Source: Phoronis australis | Taxonomy: Eukaryota; Animalia; Phoronida | Length of the DNA: 64,000 bases | Assembly (NCBI GenBank): GCA_002633005.1 | Contig: NMRA01000275.1 | Coordinates: 185,282 to 249,281 of the forward strand | Reading direction: 5' to 3' | Part shown: one piece after another, positions 51,619 through 63,525 of the stretch | How positions within the stretch are numbered: position 1 is the first letter of the stretch | Layout: the number at the start of each line of letters is the position of its first letter | Notes under the pieces: model-generated | Seen by the model: the letters and a program-made list of their open reading frames with translations, nothing else | What the model was told of the DNA's origin: nothing | Databases searched by the model: none | Made by a program: the position numbers and the translations under genes

Positions 51619-52994
51619 TTTTAACAACAATAGACCAGAAGAAACGTAACCCTGCATTCAGCATGATAATAGGCCTACCTAATCCGTAACGCAACGATCG
51701 CTGCAGTTTTGTCGTATTAAGTTACCTTTCATGTTTCGAACCTAGTTTTCCGAAAAAAAATAAACGCTTTTGTCAGACAACTCTTTGGTGCATTGAATTG
51801 TTCTCTAATGTATTATTCTACATCTCTGTGGTTAATTATCAACACAATTCATAGGCTGCCGCAAGCAAAATGAAACAGCAACAGCGTGAATTGTGAGAAA
51901 TCAATATATTAAGTCCAGCAACTAGGACTGGTAGCGGAGAAGGGGGGCCTCAAACACCTCAGACCCCACATCGCAGGATTGCATTGCCCTTACCGTTTAT
52001 TTTTAGTTTTTTAGTTCACCGATAGTCTTTCGAACATGAAGTTCACATTCCCGGTGCCCGCAAATTTCGGACCACCTGCGCACATACAACTGCGCTTTGC
52101 CCATTACCTCGAGGCAACATGTTGGCCCCCCTTATAGTACCATAGATCCACCACTGCATTTTTAAGATTTAATACCCAGGTTGGACTCGAAACACCAGAC
52201 ATTTAACTCACGCAATGTCAACTTCCGTTTTATTTATCGTAGAGAGCCTCGCTTTGGATTTTAATGTCCGCCGCGTGAATTAGGTCTACATGCATTAGAC
52301 TGCTGCTTTCACTGTAATGTGAAGCACTGATTGTCCTAGATTAGCTAGACTTCCAAATGTACAAGGCTGATTAAAATGATGAAACATGTGCCATGTTTCC
52401 AAGAACTAAAATAGTACCCCATTCCTATTGAAGAAAGTCTCAAAACATGAACCATACCTCACCTGGAAAAAGTCTACCCAAATCCTACTCTATCCTCCAG
52501 TCTATCAAATTTTTAAAAGCATGCCAGCAAGCATATCAACAAAACTTACATCAAACAAAAGTATTGATCTCACATTTTGATACCAACTTAATCTAAACTG
52601 ACATCCCAAATTCATACCAATTGGTGAAAAAGAAAACAAAATCTATACCGAGAAATGGCCGCCATCTTAGCAGCATGTCCCCAGTACAATCAGGTTAAAG
52701 CGCCCAAGGCTCTTATACTGGCAAGTCTGAAAATTAGAGGGTGGGCAATTAACCTAGACATGGAAGCTTAAGTAGGAAACTTCAAGATATTGGGGTGGGC
52801 GCTTATTCCGAAACACGGAGGCTTACAGAGGAGCTGTAAACCAGACTTCCGATAAAAAACAACTTTTCATTTTAAAGACCACTTGCCGCTACGAATCTGG
52901 TACTTACTCTGATTAGGTTTGGAAAGAACTTACAGTTTGTTACTGCTCAAATCCATCCTCGGTAAGTCAGTTTCACACGGCGTGTCAATTTATA

Positions 52995-53290
52995 ACAGTT
53001 TACTGTTATTAAAATCTCTTGGTCTATTTACACTGACCTCTAGTCTATTTGACTCCGTGGTGTAGTGGTTAAGGTGCTGGACTCGAATTTATCTGTAGCT
53101 TCAGAAGTTATTGGTTGCAATCCTTCCTTGGAAAAAAAATCACACCATGATGAGTGTACCACACATCGTGCTCGTTCTTCTAAGAACGCAGGAACACCTG
53201 ACGATGGCCGAACAACAGACTGACCGAAGCGTCGTGAGAATGTAAATAGACAAGAGGTTGGTGTAAAGAGATTTTAATAATAGTTGTAAC
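52995..53290 (+). mobile_element. Composite: inverted repeat, tRNA-like head (53051-53131) and Penelope-type pseudo-LTR with degenerate hammerhead (53195-53236)
   Basis: 52998-53050 is an imperfect reverse complement of 53240-53290. A-box TGGTGTAGTGG and B-box-like GGTTGCAATCC are present, followed by CAC-CTGACGA-T-GGCCG...TGACC-GAAG-CG-TC-GTG. Confidence 0.55.
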
Positions 53291-54399
53291 ACGATACCAC
53301 CTCAGAGCGGTTTTAGAAAGTCAACTTATGCAACAAGCTAGGCTTGTAAATCAGCGAATTCTTACATAGACGGACCAGAACTGATTCGTGAGCCTAGCTT
53401 TGCCATACTAGGTTGATAGTTTTCATGCACATATTTTACCAACAGCTAGTTAGCTCCAGGATCCAGAGAATAACTTTGTCATTTTAAAATGTTCTTTGAC
53501 CCTTTACTCTAGCAATTAAGTTAGATTCCATCCTATTGACGCAATTTACTTGGCCACATGTTAAAAATGTCTATCAACAGCCCCATTTTCTTAAGGCCAA
53601 GGTAATCACTTTTTGTAGTCAGGTGACCCATAATTTGCTTCTTTAAGAGAAAAAATGAAAGGGAGATATTGCAGTTTTGGTAGTGCATTTCCAATTATTT
53701 GTGTCCAATACATATTGTTTAGTACGCTTCATTTTATCAATCAAATGACTAACACTGGTTAACATAAATCACCAGACGTACGTCTACAACATTCCCCCCC
53801 TTTCCTACACAGCTCGAGCACCATCAGATATGTGAACACCAGGTTGTCTCACATACAGGTCATCCAATTCCCTTGGAATCTTTACCACCAAACCACGTGA
53901 GCATAAGGTTGTCTTTCATACAGGTCTTCCACTACTGCACACCATGCGCACTTTCCAAGGTATGCGGGTTCCAGTTGGCAGTGCTCCATTTGAAGAACAT
54001 CCGTTTGCTGACTATGCCAGTTGTAGTAATTCTCAACCCAGCAATCAAACCAGCTTACCATTCTGCACATAGCAATTGCTCATTAGCAAGTGTCTAATAG
54101 TCAACAGAGGCCCACATGATCCACTGGAAACACATCTGCAACAGCTGTAATCTCTGTACATAGTGTTGTGGCACGTGACTTCCGAGTGTGATATACAGCC
54201 ATATAAATTGCTTGTCAAGTGGCACTTTCCTCAAGATCGGCTGAACGGTTTGTACGCTCGGTTCTCATGCAGGAAACAACGGTTCAAGTCTCACTGTTAG
54301 CAGATTTTTCAACATATTCCTTCACATTTTCTACCTCTATCTTTCTATCTCTATAGAAACACTTCACACTCGAAGTCGAGTATTCTGAAGTGGTGCACG

Positions 54400-54854
54400 T
54401 TATGAAATTAAAAGTGCAATGGTAAGATGTGTGTATGTACAAGAGTGTAGTGTGAGGGTACAGTGCAATGTGCATGAAGTGCAATGATGCCTGGGAGGAA
54501 GGTTCTCTGAAAGTGATCCAGAAAAGCAGCACCAATGATGTGGGCAGGTAAGTTGTTCCAGAAGACTGTTGCAGAGAAGGAGTTTTGTAGGTGTGCAGTG
54601 TGACACTGGGGTGTCATGAATAAAAAACTGTGGCATCGGCATATAGGGTTAAATGGAGGGATACAAATAGGTAACGGGAATGGTGATGGTCTGATGGATA
54701 CAGAAAGTTTGGAAAAGTAGCAGTGGAGTTCAAGGGTTTGCCAGTTTAATGATTCGATCATTTCACTGACTGAGGAAGTATTGTGGTGTCTATTTAGGGT
54801 GAATCTTACAGCACGTCGCTGCGCCATTTCAATCTTGTGAATGAGAGCTGACAA
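54400..54854 (-). mobile_element. CR1/L2-like LINE ORF2 3' fragment
   Basis: IHKIEMAQRRAVRF....HNTSSVSEMIESLNWQTLE...NSFSATVFWNNLP, the typical C-terminal motifs. Confidence 0.8.
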
Positions 54855-55869
54855 CTGTGCAACTGATTTGTTTTTTGCACTGCCACACTGATGTGAAAGA
54901 ACATTTTACTAACTAGTAATGGTAAGGTTTTGCCTAGCTCATGTAGCCTAGGTTCTAGTTGTAATGTAATGAGGCTATGCCCTCCATGTGCAAGAAATTT
55001 CAGGGGATATGCTATCTCTGAGGTAGTTAAATCCAGGGATAGTGCTCTGATGTTGAAAACCCAGGAATAGAGGCAGTTATGTAATAATACAGGAATAGTG
55101 GCAGCTATGCTAGAATTTTGAGATGGACATATATGTACATGCAGAGTGAGTCCATCGTGTGGTCAGTTAGTTCGTTATATTCAGCTCGTCATAGAGAGAT
55201 GGACATATATGTACATACAGAGTGGGTCCATCCGTGATGCCACTTAGTTTAGTATTTAAAGCACTGGCTCTCGAGACCAGGGCAGACTGGATCCACCTTA
55301 GATCAAAACTNTTAGGTAAGCATGAGAACCATCAACAGTTCTGGGTATAATAGCAGGCAGCCAGCAGCAGCCCTGCCTATGGGATGTACATGAAATATCA
55401 ACCAAAGGTCGCGTGACCACATATTTAGACAAAAAAATCTTGTTGTCATTACGAAAAATGGCGCAGAACACTGTAAACTGCAACAATTGCATAATTAACA
55501 AAAACATTACATGCTTCCAAAATTCCTGGAGCAGGGAGGTAGGCTGGCCAACCAGGGGCGATGAAAATAAATCGTCCCTTCCCACAAAGGGCCAGTAGAA
55601 GGTCTCAAAGCAATACATCGACCTTTTTGTCGCAGTTTGTCAGAAAATTTACGCTTGACTTTTGTACTTCTGTAACCATTAGTACCCTAGTAACTTTCAT
55701 GAAAGGACTGAAAAAATGGTGGTCAGATAGTTGAAAATTCTTGCTTCAATTTTTTTTTCAAATTGTCAGTCACAGCACAAGAAGTTTATCGTCGGCAGTC
55801 ACCGAATACATTCGACAGAAGACTTTGTTCGAGTCGCCTTAGTACAAAATTGATCAGAATGTTCAACAT

Positions 55870-58327
55870 CAGGGCTCGACATAATGAGCTGCAGGTAGCA
55901 TTTGCGACCTGAAACTTGGAAATCCGAGCTGAGATTTTGGTCAGCTCGTATCAAGTCGCAAAATGCGACCTGGAATTTCCAACGAATGCGAGCTGAGTTT
56001 TTACACTTCTCAGCAGATACCTGGCAAATATAAAGCAACTCATGTTAATCTGACCATTATTTGGCTGTTGCCAAATCCAAGTTCAAAAGAACACTAACCA
56101 AGAACAGCCGGATCCCGATGATTTGTAAGCCAGTTACGTGAACATGCGATATGCAGAATCGATTTTTGATGAGTTTCATTGGCTAACATTTTTGGACACT
56201 TTTGCAAATTTTTGGATTAGCCAAAGAAAATTTGAGGCCACTGCATAACACATTATAAAACGTCACAAAACAGTGGTGTTTCTACTAATTTTTAAGCAAT
56301 CAACTTACCAACCTTTCTGGTGGACAAATATTATTTTTCACTCAAGATGTCCCTATTATATGTACCAAATATGCGACAATATCCCTGATATCGCACTCTG
56401 CGGAACTGGTCGGTCCCGTTGTTAGCGCGCAAGCGGTTCCGGCAGACAATCGTGACTTAGAGATGTGCGTCTCGTTTTTATTGCATAAGGCAGCCAAAGT
56501 GAAAATGGTAACCCTATTAATTGCCTTTACTTCCAGTTGCCAAGACATTCTCAAACCCCTTTACTTGTTTCTAGGGCTACGTACGCGAAGTATGATACGT
56601 CTTTCACACGTTGTTGCCAACGTAAAGTGTAGAACTACTATAGCGATTCAAGTGCGTGAACTCACACGAGCGCACCACCTCAATGCTTACATAAAAAGGA
56701 GAACAGCGACAGTCCTAACTGAAAGAGTATATATCGACTTGGCTCTGTTAACCACCCGCGTACTTGCTGGTGGTGAAAATAAACTCCTAGATACCCAGCG
56801 GTTAAAAAGGACCCAATGCTTTACAATATTCCACGGGGCCGATATAACTCAGAACTGATATTTTCCTGTTCCGATGTTTCCCCAACGTCGATGTTCTCTA
56901 AACCCTGTATTCTATGCCCATAGCCAGCTATTGCAAATAAACATGTACTAGATGCGAAATTGTGGTGAGCGAACTTTTTATTCTTCTCTTCATACACCTC
57001 NCCCCCCCCCCCCCCCGGCAACTTTTCGCTGCCCGAACCCTCGTCGCTGTAAAATGTTGAATTTCATTCTCCAATAGAGACAATCTTTTTCCGGCTGAAG
57101 CGGGTAATTAAAAACAAAATTATTGCGGGTGCCTAAAAAGGGTAGGCCTACAGTGTAGGTGGTAACGATATCCAGAAAGTCATCCCTACTAGATGGAGTT
57201 TCTTACCATTGCAGTGTTTTTTAAAACATCTTACTACCACCAACACTAAGGTTAACGACTATGCTCGCGTACAAGCCTACTCCCTACCTTTGAAGTGATT
57301 CATAATAAGCACTCACTGATCTACTAAGAGTTTCCCCTTAAATTTTGAGAATTTCCAATTAAATGGCCACAGTTCAGGCTAGCGCCCATCATAGCGCATT
57401 ACAAACGACAGCGCGCAGTTTAAAATTGACACGCAGCTTATATGGTGTGTCACTGTCATTTTACACAACAAATTCAGTTTTCAAAAAACATCTTTTCTCA
57501 ATATGTAAAAACCAAATCTCGGTTTTATGTATACCTGCGAAAGAAGGTTGCGTGTCGTTTTGTGACTGACCTATTTTTCCCGTACTTGGAAGGTACTGAG
57601 GAGCAAACCCGCCATTATCCGATGGAGACCCGAACGGAGCCGGGAGTCAGGAATTATTTTGACGCTATTCATTTGATGAAAAACTACTTGTTGAGTACGT
57701 AAACAGCATAATTACTATATTTTTGTGGTGAAATTTGCACTGAATTGTTCTCGAGCATCCAACTAGGGCATCGTTTCACGGACTTTTTTCGACAGATGTT
57801 TTTCAAACGTCGAGTTAAGTAGCAAAATTTGGGCTGCAAACATAAAGAGGAGCAAATTTGAACTCCGAGTTAATTTGAATCTTTAACGACTTTGAAGACA
57901 GCCAGTAGCAGGTCAGACCCAGCAAAATCCCGGATACTTTTTCAACTGGCATTTTCTCCCTTTTCACATCACAAACTTAGCTACTCAAATGCACTTGTCG
58001 GTTAGAAAGCACTGATTCAACTTTCACGTCTGCAACTTGCCTTGCGCTCTAAGGCCTTTCAATGGCGGTCATGAAGAAGAGTAACACCGTATCTGCATGA
58101 ACGAAGTTAATTTTGCCATCTGAAATTTGTGAGTATTTAACTCTGTAGGTAAGAGTATAATCTGAACATTTTCTCAATGGTCTAAAAAATCAATTTCGGC
58201 GCTTAAAAATGGCGGGAAATTTTGCGACCTGGCATTTACAAATGCAAGCTGGATTTCCAAAATGCGACCTGGGATTTTCGCTAGGTCGCAAAATGCTATC
58301 TGGCGATTTTAATAGCGTCGAGGCCTG
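55870..58327. mobile_element. Non-autonomous hAT-like DNA transposon with 5-bp TSD
   Basis: TIR CAGGGCTCGAC / GTCGAGGCCTG; TSD AACAT at 55865-55869 and 58328-58332; TGCGACCTG subterminal repeats at both ends. Confidence 0.75.
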
Positions 58328-58599
58328 AACATGATAAGATAGCCAACCCGTTTTCCTTGCTCAAGCCAGTGTTTGCGTGTAAAGTAAAGTAATGAAACTT
58401 CCGCCACTTAATCAATATAACCATTGACACATTTCGATTAGATGTTTGCTGTTACATTTTAATGTTAAGTAGATATTCGCTTTACACACGGACTCTGCTT
58501 TCAGCACCTAAGATAAACTTACATATTGTCGATCAAGTTGTATCTCATGAATCGTGAAAACATGTCGTTTCGAGACAACCAAGTATAAAGTCTTGATGC

Positions 58600-59275
58600 A
58601 ATAGTAGTAATATCCAGCGCAGACCGGAACCGAAGTTGAAAATAAAACAGCCAGAGAGGGTAAAATTGTTAACTCACCCGTCAGACTATAACTGAACTGA
58701 TCCTAAACGTTCAATTTGCGCGCGATTGATATAAGAAGTATCCAAAAATATTATTGGCCAAATAAACAAAATGCCGTAACACCCCCCATACAAGCTATAA
58801 TGGCAGGATTACAAAGCGGAGCAGTAGATGGTCTAGAAGCCATGAAAAGGGCACATATACCAGCGGCGCCTATTGGTCATGTCTGAGTAGGGAAAGGGTC
58901 CTCCCAACATATAGCCAAACTTCATTCTGGAGATCGGAGTTTTGTATATTTTTAGATATATGTAAATTGCCCAGGGCCAGGGTATTGTAGTGAGGCGTCA
59001 CTTGACCTGTCTCACTGCTGCGCTGGCCTTCTGCCGCGCGCGCCCTCTGTCAGCATCGAGAGATGACTGCTGTTCGTCTCGGAGACTGCCGATGTTGGCT
59101 GTCCGGCCCATATGCCGGTAATGGCCAATGAGGGCGCATCATGAATATTAATTAAGCGGCCCTGCGGCCGATGCACATGTTGGGATGCAGAGCGGCATTC
59201 GATATCCAGACCACACAGCAGAACTATTGAGCTAGACCATGGACAAGTAAGATGTAAGGTAAGTATCTATAAGAC
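58600..59275. promoter_or_regulatory. GC/CpG-enriched promoter-like region, possibly bidirectional
   Basis: Local GC rise, CCAAT boxes and a CTCF-like GCGCCCTCTGTCAG. The minus strand has TCAGTT initiator-like motifs and a GG|gtgagt donor at 58678. The plus strand has ACCATGGACAA|gtaag and AG|gtaagt donors. Confidence 0.35.
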
Positions 59276-59554
59276 CAACCATCAGAGGGGCTTTCTCGTG
59301 GCAAGAGTTTGGAGAGTGCTATTAAATTATAAATAATGTTCATTCATTGACTACAAACACCCTCTGGCTGACCACGGCAGAGACTAGACAAAACAAATGG
59401 AAAATCATGGACATGGTCATGGGTTACTCTCAGCTACACGGCAAAAAACTTACGCCGATCATACTGTCAAGTTGTGCTTTAGTAACTTTTTTATCAAGTG
59501 CTATATTTAACATTGCACGTGACGTATTACCGAACTTGTAATGTGTCATTCACC

Positions 59555-59642
59555 CACAGGCATCCTCAGCTTCTGATCGTCCCCAATACAATGTAGTGTA
59601 TTAGGGACGATCAGAACAGAAGCTGACGACGCCTGGCCTGTG
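59555..59642. mobile_element. 88-bp hairpin MITE with 8-bp TSD
   Basis: TIR CACAGGC / GCCTGTG; nearly the whole element is self-complementary; TSD CATTCACC at 59547-59554 and 59643-59650. Confidence 0.85.
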
Positions 59643-60124
59643 CATTCACCATGAAAATGGTCCGATTTTTTAACATAAGCGTTGGCTTTCGCCCGCAACC
59701 AAGGATCTGCCTTCCATTATGTTAAACTACGGGTTCATTTTACAACGGACTTTATAAATAAGACCCTCACGACAAGTTGAGATAGAACTTAAAGTCATGT
59801 TAAAACGAGTTACCTCCAAGGGGGCTGCCATATTGGATGTGTTTTTTATTTCTTATATTACAAGACTGAAAATCGTTTTAGGTGACACCTGGTGGGTAAG
59901 CATGAAACCAATTTCAATTTTCAGCCGAACAGCAGGTCAATGATCGCCTGGGCCGCAGCATGTACACGAGTCTAGCTGGAGATCACTTTCCAATGTGAAT
60001 AAAAACAACTAGACCCTTGATCAATTAAAATATCTAGGCTACAAGTAAATTAAACGCTCATTTTAGGGACAGGATTTTTTTCCGTGTACCACGTCATTCC
60101 ACGCACGCAGAGTTTAAACAGAAA

Positions 60125-62107
60125 CGGCATTTTTTCACTCAGGGTGCGAATCTAAATTTTTTATGTTATGCAATCATGTTGACGGAATTCCTTCACCTCT
60201 GGTAGATATTTGTATGATGATCTTGTTTTAGCACTGGTACTTATGAAATTTATACATTTTAAAGTACGAAAAAATGTTAATTATGGCCAGATAGCTGAAA
60301 ATAGCCAGAAATCGATCGTTATTTTGTTTCGCTGATGCACTGCATGCTTTAAATACACATGGCCTTTAATTAAATCGCACATTTAATTGAAATTTAATGT
60401 TTTTCATAATCTGAACATGTATTTCTTATTTTTTTTTAAAGTGATTGCAGGGTTCTGAAAAGCCAAGCACTATTTTCAGGCACACTTACAAAATGATATT
60501 AATGTTATGCAAAACACTAAAATTTGCATGTGCTCCTTCTCTTACAGCCATGGCTGAAAAAGAAAAGCATTACTAGTGTTTTGAACTGTGTTTTTAATGA
60601 TTAATGGTATATACAATTTGATTTAGAAACCACATATTTTTACCAGATGTCCTGGTGATTGGAATCCTCAACCAAATAATATTAAGAGAAACTGTGTATT
60701 CTCCGTAGCCCTGTCTGAATTCCATTAAATCTTCCATTAATATATTTGATGCTGCACATTGAGAATCTTGAAGCTATCTTTGATTCACAAAAAATATTAG
60801 ACCAAGCCTTGAATTAATCATAAGCAAAAATGTTTTTCGTATTCTCTGTAGCCCCTGTATTCTCCGTAGCCCCCAATTTATATATATTGTATTGTATATC
60901 AGTTTAAACTCGTTATTAATAAAACATGAATGTCCTTTGGTGATTCAGGAGAGTTGGTATTAACAATTAAATGAATTCTTTTGCATTGCTCAAGTGTTCA
61001 TCCACTCATAAACAGGTATCTGCATATTTTGTATTCTCCGTAGCCCCCTCCATAATCTGTGTGATGTGAGATTTATGCATACATTGTTTACTTATGATGA
61101 AAAGTGCTTTCCTGTATTTCTTTGATGGTAGTTGATGGAAATAAGCATCTCATTGATAGTGATGTGACTCTAGTGATAGTTAAGAGCTGAGTATGTCTTA
61201 GGATAAAGTTTTTCCATTATCTTATATATTTGTATTTACACAAGTGCAAAGAAGGTTAATATGATATTATCTACCTTTTTCTAAACACAATTTTTTTGTA
61301 ATCCAGAAGTAGTAGTATTGACAAGTAAATGAATTCTATTTCATTGCTCCAGTATTTTTCTACCCACAAATAGTATCTTCACATTTTGTATTCTCCGTAC
61401 CCCCCTCACTGACCTGTGTTATGTCAGACTTATTTGTGCAAACAATGTTTACATGATGAAAAGTGTTTTCCTGTATTTCTTTGATGGTAGTTAATAGAAT
61501 TATGCTTTGCTTTTGACAGTGATGAGACTCTGATGATAGTTAAGTCCTGCATGTGTATGTCTAAAGATTAAGAACAATCGCTATGTTTTATTTGTTTACT
61601 CACACCTTATGAAGCATACACAGGTGTGCACAGGGGTGGATCCAGGATTTTGAGTTAGGGAGGGGCCAGGGCAGAGTATTTGCCAAGATTTTATCCGTCC
61701 GACATTCGCACCCCGAAATGCCAAATGGAATGTGGGAGAATTTTAGGGGGGCATGGCACCCTTGCCCCCCCCCCCTAATCCGCTTTCGGTGAACCTATTT
61801 TTTATATTGATCGTCAGTGATTAAGTGTATGAGTTACAAGTAATAAACTTCTTTGTTCCTAAGCCAGATTTAATTTGTTTCCAAAACGGATGTGACAATA
61901 CCAATGATGTATTCTCCGTAGCCCACATTTTTTGTTATTTCAACAGACCAAATCTTAAAAACTAAATGAGGATACCTCACAATAAATTCTACCTGATATT
62001 CCATATATCATGTTGATCCTAATAAAAGAAGTCTCGGAGCTAGAATGAAAATTTTATAAAACGCTATTCCTGAAACAAAGGTTTGCACCCAGAGTGAAAA
62101 AATGCCG
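60125..62107. mobile_element. ~2-kb non-autonomous TIR element with internal repeats
   Basis: TIR CGGCATTTTTT(T)CACTC(A/T)GGGTGC(G/A)AA at both ends, flanked by AAA. It contains six TGTATTCTCCGTAGCCC-like motifs and a tandem duplication with ~359-bp period (from ~60969 and ~61328). Confidence 0.78.
61631..61785. mobile_element. GC-rich MITE copy 2 (same family as 5072-5229), nested in the 60125-62107 element
   Basis: Alignable along its length with 5072-5229. Confidence 0.7.
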
Positions 62108-63446
62108 AAAGCGTTTGTTCAATATAACCTTCTGCAGAAGATTATTATAATTTACAGAGCCTCATTTAATAAAATTTGCATCCTAACATGAATAACTATA
62201 TCGACTGATTAGATAACAATATTGTAAATTTACTCAATTGCATTCAATGATTTAATTGGTGTACGGATCTCACAGCGTTATCGCGTCACGATTATTTTTT
62301 CATCATGCTGCATGACAGACGGCTTCCCACTCGCCGGGCAGTCAAGTTTAAGATGGACGGCTCAGGAAAACGTTAGGGCGGCTCATGCGCGCATCCAGAG
62401 GGGGGCGCTCGAATGAGCTCCCCGTTTTGGCGAAGTGGGCAAAAAGATCCACCTCAGAGAAACAAAAAATTCAAAGGAAAAGTAGAAAATAAGACAAAAA
62501 TTCACTAAAAAGGCAGGAACTACCAAAATTTGGCTAATGCACAATTCATAGCTCTGAATGTACTCCGTGAATCTTTGTAAAACTCGGATCCAGTCAAAAC
62601 TTTGAGCACTTTATTTTGTAGGCTGGGTACGCGCATGGGCTAAGCACCTTGTGGAAATTAGCGAAGTTCCCGAGTTTACTGATATCAGAAGTTGGTGTCA
62701 AAATAATTCATAGGGCACATCTATACAGTTTCTGCCCGTTATGGAATCATTTTTGTAACTTGTTTCTCAGTTAGTGATGGTTTTGGAATGCAAGTCCGAG
62801 GCCTATGTCAGGACTACAACTTCGTCTTTGTGCGGGATCCACTAGTTTACTAAATGGGTTCATGAGTGACGCGCCTGAATTAGACTGGAAGTCTAAATGC
62901 GGGTACGTAACACTGAATTCGCTTTTCGATTGGTAACAGCATGAAACACTTACTTTCTGAACTTGAGGAAATTGTACCAAAGATGACTTGTGAAATACCT
63001 GTAGATGCATTACCACCAAAACCATAGCATCATAACAGTATGCTGGCGAAGAAAGTATGCATAGAGCAAATTCCAACCGTCAGACTACGGATCGGCTACG
63101 CCTCCGCTTTGAGCTCCAGGCAAGTTTGCGACTTCATTGTCGACTACGAAGTGACTTTAAACACTGACTGCAACAGTAATGGTGAAAAGTCATCTTACTG
63201 TACTGTCTAATCATCACTTCCACATGCAAGGACTGACACATACATTAAGTTGACCAACCGGTGACACTGAAATTAGAAAAATGTCCCGATTTGGCCGACA
63301 ACATCGTAACGTCGTCACTCAGAAATGACTGATCGGATTCACATGAAATTTTCAGATACTATGCATTATACCACAATATCAGCCTCGAATGGCAATTACA
63401 ACCGTGTAATAACCCTTTTAGTTATCTCACTAGTGAGATAACATTT

Positions 63447-63525
63447 TGGCGGGAAACCGAGGACGGTTTCGAACAAGGGCCTCAAGAGCTTCGGGTCGCA
63501 GACTTTACCACTAAACCATTCAGAG
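63447..63525 (-). mobile_element. tRNA-derived head (SINE-like or tRNA pseudogene)
   Basis: The reverse strand has TGGTTTAGTGGTAAAG (A box) ... GTTCGAAAC (B box); no intact cloverleaf. Confidence 0.45.

Noticed and set aside
52645-52670. AAGATGGCGGCC (YY1-like, ATG GCG GCC) as the WDR18 start, with or without a GTGAG micro-exon at ~52458-52462
   Set aside because: The available donor gives an incompatible phase or a stop, and the AAATGGCCGCCATCTT context is common in repeats.
53051-53131. Functional tRNA-Ser(CGA) gene
   Set aside because: It lacks a long variable arm and has a broken acceptor stem and T-loop; treated as a tRNA-derived element head.
53820-54100. Short ORFs upstream of WDR18 as additional exons
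   Set aside because: No similarity to WDR18 or any recognisable domain, and no convincing splice sites.
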